64,000 nt of DNA from Stegostoma tigrinum (GCF_030684315.1 NC_081397.1:9300001-9364000), one strand, 5' to 3'. Positions 27,811-41,906 are shown, numbered from the stretch's first letter. A program made the numbers and translations. Notes: generated by a model from the letters alone, not told the origin.

Positions 27811-29805
27811 TAGTTACAATAGTTATGAGTCTGTGCTTTTCTTCAGAGTTGAGGAGGGAAAAGCAATGAACCTTTGCAACTGCTATACTGCAGAGTCTCA
27901 ACAGCAGTGGTGATATCAAGGGACATCTTTACAATGATACGAGTATTGTTTCGTATTGCATAGTGTCATACATTTCAGAATACTGAAGTAAAGGTATTAA
28001 TTTAATATGTTATAGCCAAAGGGAAACTGCCATGAACAAATCAACTGCATCGCAGCTGACTGACCACAATATTCCTTGTGCAGGAAAGAAAATTGTCTTA
28101 TTTACTTCTATTTTATTTTGTGGCTCAGACATTACCCTCGTTGTGTGGGGAGGAAGAAGACAGAATTTTTGTCTTCTATCACGCAGTGGAAAAAACTGCA
28201 ACAGTCAAACTAAAGAAGAATCAACATTGCTGAACTCTCCTGGCCAACAAAAAAAGAGAGAATATTTACTATCTACCTGATTTGGTCAAATCCTTCTTTC
28301 TCCACTGTTTTGACGAATGGCTTTTTATTATGTTCCTTATTTGAGAAAATGGCATCTAATTTTCTAGTGTGTGTGATGTAATACTTCAAAGGGAGTGTCA
28401 CGAGGAACATAGGGCTATTTGAATAACATTTAAGCTAATTTGAAAAAAAAGTCCATGATTATAAAGTCCTCTTGCTCAGCACAGAATAAAAGAAAAATCT
28501 ATTCCCGCTCGATGACAAAATTGACAACTATCCGGTGATAAAGGTTGGGATGGTAGTTCCTCTGCCACCATGATATGTTTATGGAAATTGAATGCTGGCT
28601 GAATGGATGTAGAATTGTTGCCTGGTTGTTTCTCACCAGTGCAGACTCAGTGAGTGGCAGGATTGTTTGTGGTGCCGCAGATGTCTATGACTATGTTTTG
28701 TGAGTGATAATCATTTTGTATATATCATTTTCTGTTACCTGGAGTTTAAATGGAACTTCATAGCTATTCGTCCTTGCATCACATCTGTAGTTATGGCGTT
28801 TGTGTTTTGAACTAATTCTGAATCAGTCAGTACCTGTGCCTGTCAGTCCACCCACACGGAGACAAAGCAAAGTTAATATTACACGTCCTGTGACACTTCT
28901 TCAGAACAGAGGTTGAACTTCACCACACTCATTTCTCTTCACAGGTGCTGCCAGACCTGCTGAGTTTTTGCAGCAATTTCTGCTTCTGTCTCTGATTTCT
29001 ATCATCTGCAGTTCCTTGATTTTTCCATTTGTCATGCTTTGACACTGAAAATGCATTTGGAATTCACATCATTTATTTGTTGTGTTTATGTATGGGATTA
29101 ATATTTATCAAAGGAGCAATTCTGTACTGATCAATTATCGGTAAACTAAACTTAAGTATCATTCATCAATTATTTTGTTGACCCATGGCTGTTGGTGACT
29201 GCAGTATTTCCTACATCTGTATTAAACATCTACATCTACATCTACTAAGACTGTTGAAACAATGTAACAGAGTGATCACCTGGATTGTAACTTGAAAAAT
29301 ATGCTTAATAAACATAGATCTAATTCAGTTCCTGACTGAATTCAATTTCTAAAACTGACAGAGGCTGATTGATAAAGACATTTATATATTCACACAGCCA
29401 TCTCTCCCTGTCTGTTTCTGCAATGTCGATATGTGAGTTTAGTCATCAATCTGTTCATGTTAGTATCTGCCATGTGAATGTCTGAGTGCAGTTATCAGTT
29501 TGTACCTGTTGGTTTCATGAGCAGTTCATGAGAATTTTGTCACAAAATTCAACAAATTTTTTTCTTCTGATGGAGTGAACAAATGATATTTAGTTTATGA
29601 CCACGGCAATTACCATGGATTTAAATACATGGGAATTGGATTTCATCGCTCACATTCCGTTCTATTTGTCTCTTATCATGAGAAGCTAGCTCTCTGATAT
29701 GAAATGCATGAGAAGAAATAATTTTGAATGTTACATGTGCTGAGGTTTGCAGTGGCTGTTGCAGTGGCTGTTACATGTTTTGCACGTGTCAGGTTTGCGT
29801 ATGTA

Positions 29806-29941
29806 NNNNNNNNNNNNNNNNNNNNNNNNNNNNNNNNNNNNNNNNNNNNNNNNNNNNNNNNNNNNNNNNNNNNNNNNNNNNNNNNNNNNNNNNNNNNNNN
29901 NNNNNNNNNNNNNNNNNNNNNNNNNNNNNNNNNNNNNNNNN
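29806..29941. other. Assembly gap (136 N)
   Basis: Run of N. The paralogous sequence lies at ~59095-59165. Confidence 1.
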
Positions 29942-30744
29942 AGAGTGCAACAGCGAAAAAACACATGCACTCAATAAGCATTCTCTGTCAGGCTTTAACA
30001 CAGGATGTGTGCATTTAAAAGTCACGTTATTTAATTGTTCTGGCTCTGCCTGAGAGATGTGTTGGTCAAACACGATTAATACAATCCTGCTCAGTTACTG
30101 ATGTGAATGTTTCTGTCCATATCTGAACTCATTATCTACTTCACATATGGTTGGTGTAACTATGCAATGGCATGAACTCATTATTCACCTTACAAGGTGC
30201 ACTAAGCATTCCTTTAGTGATATAGGAAAGCCTCCGGAGACTAATTGACATCTCTATTTGAAGCTTTTCACGAATGCTTTTAGTGATCTTTGTATTTTAT
30301 TGTGTACGTAGATTTATATATTTCAACAGAATGATCTGAAGAATCTTTAACTAAAAGTATTTCGTAACACTATGAATAATTTGAAAGAAACAACAAATTG
30401 CTGCATAATGGTGTTATCTGCTGTTTTCATGAAATTCTAGGCTGACAGTCTTTCTGGGATGATTCGTATCCCTTGCCTTAACTAACTCTGTTCACCGAAA
30501 GGGACAACATTCTTTCATTAATGAGATTGGAATCAATCACAACTGTAATTTAATCAATGTCTTTGATCCTGTCATACTTATGTGAACCATAATGCCATTA
30601 GTTCATCTGTTTGTTATTACAGGAGTTTACTATGCCCTTCAATGTTTGTTCCAAATCTTCAAACTGTCTCGCACAAACCTTCTTCCATGTGTTGTTTGTG
30701 CAAATGCTCCCTTTTGCCTCAGAATAACCTCTTCTCATTTTTAA

Positions 30745-31100
30745 AAAAGTTCATTCACAGTATCAGGGTGTCACTGCCTAGGCTTGCATTTATTGTCGGC
30801 CCCTAATTTCCCAGAGGGCAGTTCAGAGTCAAACACATTGCTGTGGGTCTGGAGTCAAGTCGCATGTAGGCTAGACCAGCTAAGAATGCCAGTTTCATTC
30901 CCTCAAGGACATGAGTGAACCAGATGCATTCTTTTTTTCCTGACAATGGATTTATTGTCATCATTACATTCTTAATTCCAGATGTTTTTTTTAATTCAAA
31001 TTCCACCATCTGCTGGGCCGGTGATTGAAGCCATGTCCCCAGAATGTTGTCTGGTCTCTGCATTAACAGTGCAGTGATACGACCACTAAGTCAATGCCTC
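30745..31100 (-). mobile_element. Deu-SINE-like SINE
   Basis: cattgctgtgggtctggagtc core. Paralog at 57950-58310. Confidence 0.65.
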
Positions 31101-31793
31101 CCAGATCTGGTGGCTTTTGTTCAGAACTGAGGAAGTGTACCAGGCCTGAAACGTTAACTTTGATTTCTCATCACAGATGCTGCCAGATCTGCTGAGCTTT
31201 TCCAGAATCTTCTGCTTATTAATTGTCTTCCTCAGCCACTGATAACATCTAATGTTTCCTTCCATGTCTGTACCGAGTATCCACTCCATACATGGTTACA
31301 TTGTTACAAGGACAACTTGAACTATTTACATACCTTGACTGTAACTTTAAAAATGCCCTTCCTCAACATGCATTCAATGCAGTTAGTGAGCATATATTTG
31401 TGATGAAGATTCAATTGATCCCTCTTCAAATGCTATGAATAACAATGGGCTTTCAAAGATGAACTTTACTGGAACTGCACTGGTTTATAGACAAAAAGAA
31501 ACATTTGTATTTTGTTGGTGGCGTTTGACTCTTGGATTGAATGTATGTGTCTGGAAATTGAGCTCAATGCAAGTCTTACCCCTATGACTGTGGAAAGTAA
31601 ATTCTCCACTCTGACAGTGCTCACATACCTGCTGTTTGGTTGGAGCAGCTGGTCACACGATGCTGTACTGAGGAAATATGACATTGTCTTCGCCCATCAA
31701 TTATTTGCCTGGAGGAAGAAAGAAGAGAATTCTCCTGTAAATTAACATCCAACGATTTTGAAAATATTAAAACTGATCAAGGCAACTGATCAA

Positions 31794-32108
31794 GACATGA
31801 GGTCAGGGCAGAGAGGTAGTTGGGAAGATAAGTGGGTGCTACTTAAGTACTTACCTCGAAGCCAGCGGGTCCTTTTTGCAGCGGAGAGCGGCGCGAGCCG
31901 GGCGGACGTGAGGTCAGGGCAGAGAGGCAGTTGGGAAGATAAGTGAGTGCTACTTAAGTACTTACCTCGAAGCCAGCGGGTCCTTTTTGCAGCGGAGAGC
32001 GGCGCGAGCCGGGCGGACGTGAGGTCAGGGCAGAGAGGCAGTTGGGAAGATAAGTGAGTGCTACTTAAGTACTGACCTCGAAGCCAGCGGGTCCTTTTTG
32101 CAGCGGAG
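31794..32108 (+). repeat. 111-bp tandem repeat (~2.8 units) at the CR1 5' end
   Basis: Units start at 31794, 31905 and 32016 (gac(a/g)tgaggtcagggcagagagg). Confidence 0.92.
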
Positions 32109-32310
32109 TGCTGTTTAAGTAGGTGTGTTCTCAGCCGCAGGTCCTACATGGTAGGGCCTGCCTCCCACCCTCCTCCTCTAACCTAATTAAGAGTCCACAG
32201 ACTCACAGCAAACACACAAGGGCTGAGGGAAATGCCTGGTGAGTAAAGTGCGAGTTTTTGGTGAAGAGGCTCAGTGAAGAGATTACACCACTGTTGAAGA
32301 CTGTGCAGGC

Positions 32311-33225
32311 ATGATTGCCAAGCTGATTCAAAGTGCTGCATGCATGATGTGGGAGATCAGGGACACTGATGATGTTTCTGGCTCCTATAGCTATGGTAAG
32401 TGTGTACACATTCAGCTTCTGAAGGAAGTTTTTGCAGCACTGACAAAAGAAATCAGGCTCATCAGAGAGAATGAGAATTTTCAGGACAGGACCTTCAGCA
32501 AGGTCACTACACCGAGGATACCTGAAGAGAGAAGGGGGCTGTCGATGACAAAAGAAGACATGAATGAAGTACAAGAGACCCCAGGGGAAGCACCTATTGT
32601 AATCAGGCTGTCTGTCTTGGAAACTGCCGAGACAGACAACACTGCCAGTCCGAGAGGTGGGCAGGTCTGCGAGTCAGAAATTGCTGTAGAGGCAGAGCTG
32701 AGAAGTCAGACATCACGGAGAGCTGTGGTAATAGGGGACTCCATTGTGAGAGGGACTGACAAGGGTTTCTGTGGCAACAGGCGAGATTTGAGGATGCTGT
32801 GTTACCTTCCTGGTGCCAGGATCCAGGACGTCACTGACAGAGGGCAGAGAATCCTCGAGGGTGAAGGTGAAGAACCAGAGGTGGTGGTGCATGTCGGCAC
32901 TAATGACGTCGGGAAGAAAAGGAGGAGCATTCTACAGCGGGACTTCAGAGAACTCGGAAGAAGGCTGAAAAGCAGGACTTCCAGGGTAGTTATCTCTGGT
33001 TTGCTTCCAGTTCTTCGGGCTGGAGAGGGCAGGAACAGAGAGATAATGGACCTGAACATGTGGCTGTGGGACTGGTGTTGGAAGCAAGGATTTAAATTCT
33101 TGGATCACTGGGGTATGTTTTGGGGTTAGAATAAATTGTACAGGAGGGATGGTTTGCATCTTGATAATCGGGGGACCAGCTTTCTGGCAGGCAGGTTTGC
33201 CACTGCGACACAGGTGTGTTTAAAC
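32311..33225 (+). pseudogene. CR1 ORF1 with an SGNH/GDSL esterase domain and a premature stop at 33127-33129
   Basis: VVIGDSIVRG, VVVHVGTND, and DGLHL after the stop. Confidence 0.88.
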
Positions 33226-36213
33226 TCAGTCATGGGGGGGAGGGGCCAAGCTGGAAATTTAAGAAAGAAGTTAAAGGCAAAGTGAGAATAAGAGAGGTTA
33301 AGAAGGACAACAGAATCAACAGAGCAGAAAACTCAAGAAGGGATTGTACAGTATGGCCAAGTGAAATAGGGATTGATAGGAAGGGTGGGGGGAGAAACAA
33401 ATTAAAAATATTATATATGAATACACGAAGCATAAGAAATAAGGCGGATGAGCTTGAGGCTCAGTTGGAAGTTGGCAAGTATGATGTTGTGGGGATAACT
33501 GAGACGTGGCTTCAAGTGGACAGGGGCTGGGAAATGAATATTCAAGGCTATACGTGCTATCGAAAGGACAGACTGGTGGGCAGAGGGGGTAGGGTAGCCC
33601 TGTTGGTGAGGAATGATATTCGGTCCCTTGCAAGGGGGGACATAGAGTCAGGAGATGTAGAGTCAGTGTGGATAGAGCTGAGAAATTCTAAGGGTAGAAA
33701 GATCCTAATGGGAGTTATCTACAGACCCCCAAACAGTAGTCAGGAGGTAGGGTGCAGGTTGAATCAAGAGTTGAAATTGGCCTGTCACAAAGGTATCACT
33801 ACAGTTGTTATGGGAGATTTCAACATGCGGGTAGACTGGGAGAATCAGGATGGTACTGGACCCCAAGAAAGGGAGTTTGTAGAGTGCCTCCGAGATGGAT
33901 TCTTAGAACAGCTTGTACTGGACCCTACCAGGGAGGAGGCAATTCCGGATCTGGTGTTGTGCAATGAACCGGATTTGATCAGGGACCTCCAAGTAAAGGA
34001 GCCATTAGGAGGTAGTGACCATAAAATGATAAGTTTTAATCTGCAGTTTGAGAGGGAGAAGGGAGAATCGGAAGTGTCAGTCTTGCAGTTGAATAAAGGG
34101 AACTATGGAGCTATGAGGAAGGAGCTGGCCAAAGTTCAGTGGTTCAATACCCTAGCAGGGATGGCAGTGGAACAACAATGGCAGGTATTTCTGGATATAA
34201 TGCAGAAGGTGCAGGATCAGTTCATACCAAAGAGGAAGAAAGATCCAAAGGAGAGGCGGGGGCAGCCATGGCCGACGAGGGAAGTTAAGGACTCGATAAA
34301 AATAAAAGAGAAGAAGTGTAACATAGCAAAGATGAGTGGGAAGCCGGAGAACTGGGAAGCTTTTAAAGAGCAACAGTGGATAACTAAAAAGGCAATACAC
34401 AGAGGAAAAAATGAGCTATGAAGGAAAACTAGCCAAAAATATAAAGGAGGATAGTAAAAGCTTTTTTAGGTATGTGAAAAGAAAAAAAATGCTTCCGACT
34501 AAAATTGGGCCCTTGAAGTCAGAAACGGGTGAATTTATTATGGGGAACAAGGAAATGGCAAATGAGTTGAATAGGTACTTTGGATCTGTCTTCACTAGGG
34601 AAGACGCAAGCAATCTCCCAGATGCAGTAGTGGCTGAAGGACCGAGGGTAATGGACGAACTGAAGAGTATTTATATTAGGCAGGAAATGGTGTTGGATAG
34701 ACTGTTAGGTCTGAAGGCTCACAAGTCCCCGGGACCTGATGGTGTGCATCCCAGGGTACTTAAGGAGGTGGGCTCTAGAAATTGTGGACGCGTTGGTAAT
34801 TATTTTCCAAGGTTCTATAGATGCAGGATCAGTTCCTGCGGATTGGAGGGTGGCAAATGTATTCCCACTTTTCAAGAAAGGAGGGAGAGAGAAAACAGGA
34901 AATTGCAGACCGGTTAGCTTGACGTCAGTGGTGGGAAAGATGCTGGAGTCAATTATAAAAGATGAAATTACGACTCATTTGGATAGCAGTAAGAGAATAG
35001 GTCAGAGTCAGTGTGGATTTACGAAGGGGAAATTGTGCTAGACTAATCTTCTGGAATTTTTTGAGGATGTATCTATGAAGATGGATAAGGGAGAGCCCAC
35101 GGATGTAGTGTACCTGGACTTTCAGAAAGCCTTTGATAAAGTCCCGCATAGGAGATTAGTGAGTGAGATTAGGACACATGGTATTGGGGGCAAAATACTG
35201 AGTTGGATTGAAAATTGGCTGGCTGACAGGAAGCAAAGAGTAGTGATAAACGGGTCCCTTTCAGAATGGCAGACAGTGACCAGTGGGGTACCACAAGGTT
35301 CGGTGCTGGGACCGCAGCGGTTTACGAAATATATTAATGATATAGACAAAAGCATTAAAGGTAATATTAGCAAATTTGCTGATGACGCAAAGTTGGGTGG
35401 CAGTGTGAAATGTGAGGAGGATCTTATTAGAATACAGGTGACTTGGACAGGCTAGGTGAGTGGACGGATGCATGGCAGATGCAGTTTAATGTGGATAAAT
35501 GTGTGGTTATCCACTTTGGTGGCAAGAACAGAAAGGCAGATTAGTATCTCAACGGAGTCAAGTTAGGTAAAGGGGAAGCACAACGAGATCGAGGTGTTCT
35601 TGTACATCAGTCAATGAAAGCAAGCATGCAGGTGTAGCAGGTAGTGAAGAAAGCTAATAGCATGCTGGCCTTCATCACAAGAGAAATTGAGTACAGCAGC
35701 AACGAGGTCCTTCTGCAGCTGTACAGGGCCCTGGTGAGACCGCACCTGGAGTATTGTGTGCAGTTTCGGTCTCCAAATTTGAGTAAGGACATTCTGGCTA
35801 TTGAGGGTTTGCAGCGTAGGTTCACAAGGTCAATTCCCAGAATGGCAGGACTATCATATGTTGAAAGATTGGAGCGACTGGGCTTGTCTCCACTTGAGTT
35901 TAGGAGGATGAGAGGGGATCTGATTGACACGTATAAGATTATTAAGGGATTGGACAATCTGGAGGCAGGAAACATGTTTCCGTTGATGGGGGAGTCCAGA
36001 ACCAGAGGACACAGTTTAAAAATAAGAGGTAGGGCATTTAGAACAGAATTGAGGAAAAACTTCTTCACCCAGAGAGTGGTGGATATATGGAATGCTCTGC
36101 CCCAGAAGCCAGTGGAGGCCAACTCTCTGGATGCTTTCAAGAAAGAGATAGACGGAGCTCTTAAAGATAGTGGAATCAAGGGTTATGGGGATAAGGCTGG
36201 AACAGGATACTGA
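33216..36213 (+). pseudogene. CR1 ORF2 (APE endonuclease plus RT), broken by frameshifts and stops
   Basis: GITETW, MGDFN, SDH; [34 protein letters not shown]; LVRPHLEYC. Confidence 0.93.
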
Positions 36214-36907
36214 TTGTGGATGATCAGCCATGATCATAATCAATGGTAGTGCTGGCTCGAAGGGCCGAATGGCCTACTCCTGCACCTATTGTCCATTGAT
36301 TAATACTCATCATACTTCCTTGTTTTGAAGCCAACAATTCAAACAGAGAAGAGTTGGCTCCATAATTTACCTGAGCTCCTTCTCGTCTCTTTCTTTGTGC
36401 GAAATTCTAAAACAATTTACTAAGATACAAAAGGAAACCAACACCTGTACCGTCGATGATTTGAATGCTTACACAGTTCAATGCCGAGCTCCCAATACAC
36501 TACCTCTTTAAGGGAAGAACAACAGGCACTATTTCAAACAAAAGCAATACGAGTGCTGTGTTTATCCTTTACATGATTAACACATTTGCATGGACTGTGA
36601 CTTCTTTACGATTCAATGCCAATTCGCAACAAACAACGTGAAACAGAAGCGAAACGAGGAATTACCATCAGCGTTCGGAGAATTAAATATCACAAGCCTG
36701 ACCCCCAGCAGCAGCTTCTTGCCGCTGTGTCTCCCTCAGCAGGCCCACACACAGCCCGAGAAAGGCCTCTCTCTCCCCGCCCCCAGGCCGCTCACTCCAA
36801 GTTCCGGGACCAGTTCCTGCTCCGCTCCGCCTCATACCAACAGCCCCCGGTTCTCCCTGAACTGAGCCCGAATCAATGCCGGTCTCGGAGCCCCCTCCGT
36901 GCCCCAG

Positions 36908-37110
36908 ACTCACATCTCGATGCGCTGCTGGAAGGAGCCTGCTGTTCCCTCGCTTCCCTGGGCGCTGGTCTCTCCATTGCGGTGTTTCAAACAAACCGCT
37001 TCCACTCACTGAGTCAATGCCCCCCAATGGTAGCGCTGGGGGAGGGCCTCACGCATGCGCTCCTCCAGCATCTTCGTGTGGGGAATGAACCAGTATCGCG
37101 CATGCGCTGC
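36908..37110 (-). promoter_or_regulatory. CpG-rich NRF1-type promoter with a putative non-coding first exon
   Basis: GCGCATGCGY motifs at 37051-37060 and 37098-37107. Minus-strand donor GTGAGT at 36908-36913. Confidence 0.55.
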
Positions 37111-37140
37111 TTTTCACACTATTTTCCAGAAACAATCATT

Positions 37141-37236
37141 TTCTGAAGAAGGGCCTAGGCCCGAAATGTCAGCTTTCCTGCTCCGAAGCAGCTGCTTGGC
37201 CAGCTGCGTTCATCCACCTCTACAACTTGTTATCTT
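37141..37236 (+). repeat. Single-arm Penelope-derived repeat with a hammerhead-like core
   Basis: ctgaagaagggcctaggcccgaaatgtcag. Confidence 0.7.
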
Positions 37237-37599
37237 ATAGCCTATGTATTCTCACATTGGCCTTAGTAGGAAGTTCCAGGGTCTTGATCCAGCGACAGTG
37301 AAGCGAGGGATATATTTCTAAGTTAGTGTGGTGCGTGGCTTGGAGGAGAACTTGCTCTATATCAAGAACGTGTTCCTCCTCATCAGCTGCCCAAAAGCGT
37401 TTAAATGGATGTATTCGTCAGTATGGAAGGTGCTCTTTTTACAGTTTACAAAACAGTCATTTAAGAGGTCAATTTAACACCGTTTTTGACCCAAGGAAGA
37501 GGCGTACAAATTGAGAAAAAGAACTTGAAAAAAATTAAAAGTACCTGAAGCTGGGGAACAATTTAAAATCAGGAAAGAAGGAATAAACGAATGCATTGA

Positions 37600-39495
37600 T
37601 TATGAATGAGGAAATGAGGAAAAGGTTATAATTGCAGAAGCCATTAAAAACTAACTTTTAATGTCTTGATAAATATGTAAAAGGAGAATGGAAATAAACC
37701 TACGTTGATAAACACAAATGTACCTCACTTACAATGAAAATCCAACTGAATACTCACTGTCGTTCTATGTTCACATAGGATGACACACATAACACGTCAG
37801 GAATGTTGGGGAAAAGAGAGTTGAATGAGATGGAGAAACTGAATCAAGTCAGTATTGTTCAGTAAATTGTGTTGGGAAAATTGATAGGACTGAAGGCTGG
37901 GAACCAGGGACGGATAACTAATATCCCAGAGCTCATAGTGGGTGTATTGATGGCGATGTTCCAGATCTTCATAGGAGCTACAATAACTTCCAAAGATTGG
38001 AGGGTAGCTAATGTAAACAATCTATTTGTAAGAGGTGTGTAGAGGTAAAACTTGTAATTTTAGACCAGTCAGCCTGCAGGGGGGAAAAATGCAGATAATT
38101 GGGATAAAATATCACGATCAGACAAAGTCAGCATGGATTTGAAAGAACTGCTCGTCTGCTGTACTGTTCTATGTTCCCAGCCTGACAAATCTACTGGAGT
38201 AGGGATGATAAAGCAGATGAGTTCATTTTAATTTACAAGAAAAAACTTTTTAACAAAATCCAACATAAGATATTAGCATGTGAACATCAAGGAAATGTGA
38301 TTGGTGCAAAGCATTCTGAATGATTTTATTTTTAATTAGCTGGATAATAGGAAACTCGAAGGGGGAATGAATGGATTTTTTTTCTCAATGGCAAGAATCA
38401 GTTTTAGGATGAAAACTCTTTGCAATACATTCACAGTGATTTGGATGAGGGAAACAAATGTAATATCTCCAGGTTTTAAAATGACACAAAGTTAGTTGGA
38501 TGGTCAGCTCTAAAAGAGGATGCATTGTGTGGGATGAAATCGAGACAGTGGGCAAATGAATATCTGACACTGTTTAATGTGGGTAACTGTTTGGTTATCC
38601 AATTTGGTAACAAAATAAAAGGAAGGGAGGTCATTTTCTGAATGTCGATAAAGTGACACAGTGATATTTGCAACAAGACCTGTGTGTCTCATACACAAAT
38701 CATTGAAAGTAAGTATGCAGGTGCAGCAGACAGTGAGGAAGGCGAGAGGTATGTTGGCCTTTGTGGAACGTGGATTTGAGCATGGGGAAACAGTGAATTG
38801 TGACAATTTATCAGGACATCTGTGAGAAAGCAGTTAGAATATTGAGAGCAGCTTTGGCCTTCTTACTGAGTAAGGATGAGATTGCTGTGAATATAATTTT
38901 AACAGGCAGCTTACTGGGATGAAGGAGAGGTTGAATTGGTTGTGAATATGCTGAAATTCAGAAGAATGAGGGATTCTCTTAGAAATCTGTAAGACACTGT
39001 CAGACCAAGAAAATGTAAATGCAAAAAGAATATTCATGTTGCTAGTAGTCATATTTTTAGGAGAAAGGATAAGTCATTCCTGGCTGAGTAGGTGAGAGTC
39101 TCTTTATTTAGAAAGTGGTGATCTTTTGAAATTCCCTACCACAGAAACCAGCCACATTCAACACATTATATGAGTTCAGCATGGTGTAGGGTGGCACACT
39201 TGTTGCAAAGGGAAGCAAGGTATAATTGGCTGAATGGCAAGAGACAGAGAGTGAAGATGGAGGGTTGCTTTTTGGACTGTAGGCCTGTCATCCAGAAGTG
39301 TTCCCCAGGGATTGGGACTGAGTCCTCTTTTGCTTGTCATTATATAAATGATCTGAATGAGAAGTCATGGTAAACACGTTTGTGGATGATAACAAAGTGT
39401 GTAGCATAGTATTAAGGGGAGAACGTGTCCTAAGATTACAAATGGATCTTGATCAAATACCTCGATGGGCTGGAAAATGACTTAGAGAATTCAAT
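37600..39495 (+). mobile_element. Old, degenerate CR1 fragments
   Basis: gattggagggtagctaatgt, agtcagcatggattt, agtatgcaggtgcagcag and related CR1 ORF2 remnants. Confidence 0.65.
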
Positions 39496-39499
39496 CTGG

Positions 39500-40050
39500 A
39501 TGAATGCATGTCCATCATGGGCCTCCTGCAGTGCCACAATGATACCACCCGAAGATTGCAGGAACAGCAACCCATATTCCACGTGGGAACCCTGCAGCCC
39601 AATGGTATCAATGTGGACTTCACCAGCTTCAAAATCTTCCCTTCCCCCACCGCATCCCAAAACCAGCCCAGCTCATCCCCTCCCCCCACTGCATCCCAAA
39701 ACCAGCCCAGCCTGTCTCTGCCTCCCTAACCTGTTCTTCCTCTCGCCCATCCCTTCCCCCCACCTCAAGCCGCACCTCCATTTCCTACCTACTAACCTCA
39801 TCCCACCTCCTTGACCTGTCCGTCTTCCCTGGACTGACCTATCCCCTCCACACCTCCCTACCTCTACTCTCCTCTCCACCTATCTTCTTTTCTCTCCATC
39901 TTCGGTCCTCCTCCCCCTCTCTCCCAATTTATTCCAGAACTCTCACCCATCCCCCTCTCTGATGGAGGGTCTAGGCCCGAAACGTCAGCTTTTGTGCTCC
40001 TGAGATGCTACTTGGCCTGCTGTGTTCATCCAGCTTCACACGTTGATATC
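39500..40050 (+). mobile_element. Penelope-like element 3' fragment: GIY-YIG endonuclease C-terminus, pyrimidine-rich tract and terminal repeat with hammerhead motif
   Basis: ORF 39508 (..RRLQEQQPIFHVGTLQPNGINVDF) resembles the R..E..I..L.TL.P.G.N end of the PLE GIY-YIG domain. It is followed by ctgatggagggtctaggcccgaaacgtcag at ~39959-39988. Confidence 0.85.
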
Positions 40051-40239
40051 TTAGTTCCAGATCCAGTTGGGGGCGGGCGTAAGCTGGAGGCGGAGCTGGA
40101 CATTTCACTGTCTGTCACTCAGTTTCCTGCCTGGGCCGCCTCACACTCTCTGTCAGCTCTTTCTCAGTCAGGTCGGGGCGGGCTGTATAAAAATGGAAGG
40201 CGAGGCAGCTCCACTCTCATTCGGCAGCGATTACAGTGA

Positions 40240-40560
<321 letters not shown>

Positions 40561-40590
40561 GCAACTCGTCCCTTTTCCAGCGACCCCAAA

Positions 40591-40606
40591 GGCTCTTTTC
40601 AGAGCC
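40591..40606 (+). terminator. Histone 3' stem-loop
   Basis: GGCTCTTTTCAGAGCC followed by ACCCA. Confidence 0.97.
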
Positions 40607-41408
40607 ACCCAAACCCTCCGATTGAGAGCGGAGACCCGAGGATGGGAAAAGGCAGCACATATGGAAGGGACAGTGTACTGCAGCTGGTTATTTCACATTT
40701 TTCGCGACTTTTAATTTTGGCTCATTCCATTACAAAAATACACTAATTTCGTGTCCAATGTTAGAGAAAGATCAAGCAGTGAGAACGGAGACCTGAGCAC
40801 AGGAAAGGCAGCACACAGCGAGGGTGTACCGTGCCGCAGCCGGATTTCAGATCTCGATTTGTAATTTCGCCCTGATGCTAAATGTTACATATTGCAGTTT
40901 TTCTATTTCATTCCTCCCAGGAATTCAGTTCAGTTTTCATTCAAGGAAGCATGCAGATATTTTAATGACTTGTTACCCTCTGTGACAGTTTTCGGACTAT
41001 TTATATCTGGGTGAAATAAAAATGAGCCGATTAATTGAGATTGTGTAGCTTTAGTACCCTATTAGCTTTGAATATGCTTAAATCGGCGGTGTTTTTTAGA
41101 TTCATTAACGGGGGGTAGGCGGCCGGTTGATTCGTTTATCTGGGCTTTGTTAAAACACCCCGCTTTACTCCTGCTTGTTAGAGACAGATCAGGCAATGAA
41201 CCCGCGTCTTTTCCGCGTTAACTGTAAGTTTGGTTTTTAAAAAATCCCACAAAGTACAGATTTTATCGTCGTCGGACATTATTTTTCCTTTAAATATTTA
41301 ACCTAAAATCGGCGGGCTTTTTTCAAATTGACAAACTGTCATTTCAGGTTAACCAATCTGAATTCAACAATTATTTTATTGCCTTTTCCGTACCTTCCGG
41401 AGCTGTTT

Positions 41409-41519
41409 GGTCTAGGCCCGAAACGTCAGCTTTTGTGCTCCTGAGATGCTGCTTGGCCTGCTGTGTTCATCCAACTTCACACTTTATTATCTTGGATTCT
41501 CCAGCATCTGCAGTTCCCC
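41409..41519 (+). repeat. Single-arm Penelope-derived repeat in the H3 promoter
   Basis: ggtctaggcccgaaacgtcag...ccagcatctgcagttccc. Confidence 0.85.
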
Positions 41520-41567
41520 TTTCTCAGAGGGGTTGAGGGACGGGACTGTATCCAATCCCAGCTCTAG

Positions 41568-41906
<339 letters not shown>

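Larger units (their letters stand above)
31794..36298 (+). mobile_element. Near-full-length CR1-clade LINE, inactivated
   Basis: 5'UTR tandem repeats, esterase ORF1, EN+RT ORF2 and a 3' end gggccgaatggcctactcctgcacctattgtccattg. The inverted paralog at ~57255-57290 lacks it. Confidence 0.95.
27830..37130. repeat. Left arm of an inverted segmental duplication (paralog 56240-61140), interrupted by a CR1
   Basis: ORF-track pairs 28032(+)/60709(-), 36590(+)/56563(-) and 30582(+)/58244(-). Collinear in reverse complement. Confidence 0.9.

Noticed and set aside
31794-32108. CRISPR-like array
   Set aside because: Head-to-tail repeats with no unique spacers, in eukaryotic DNA.
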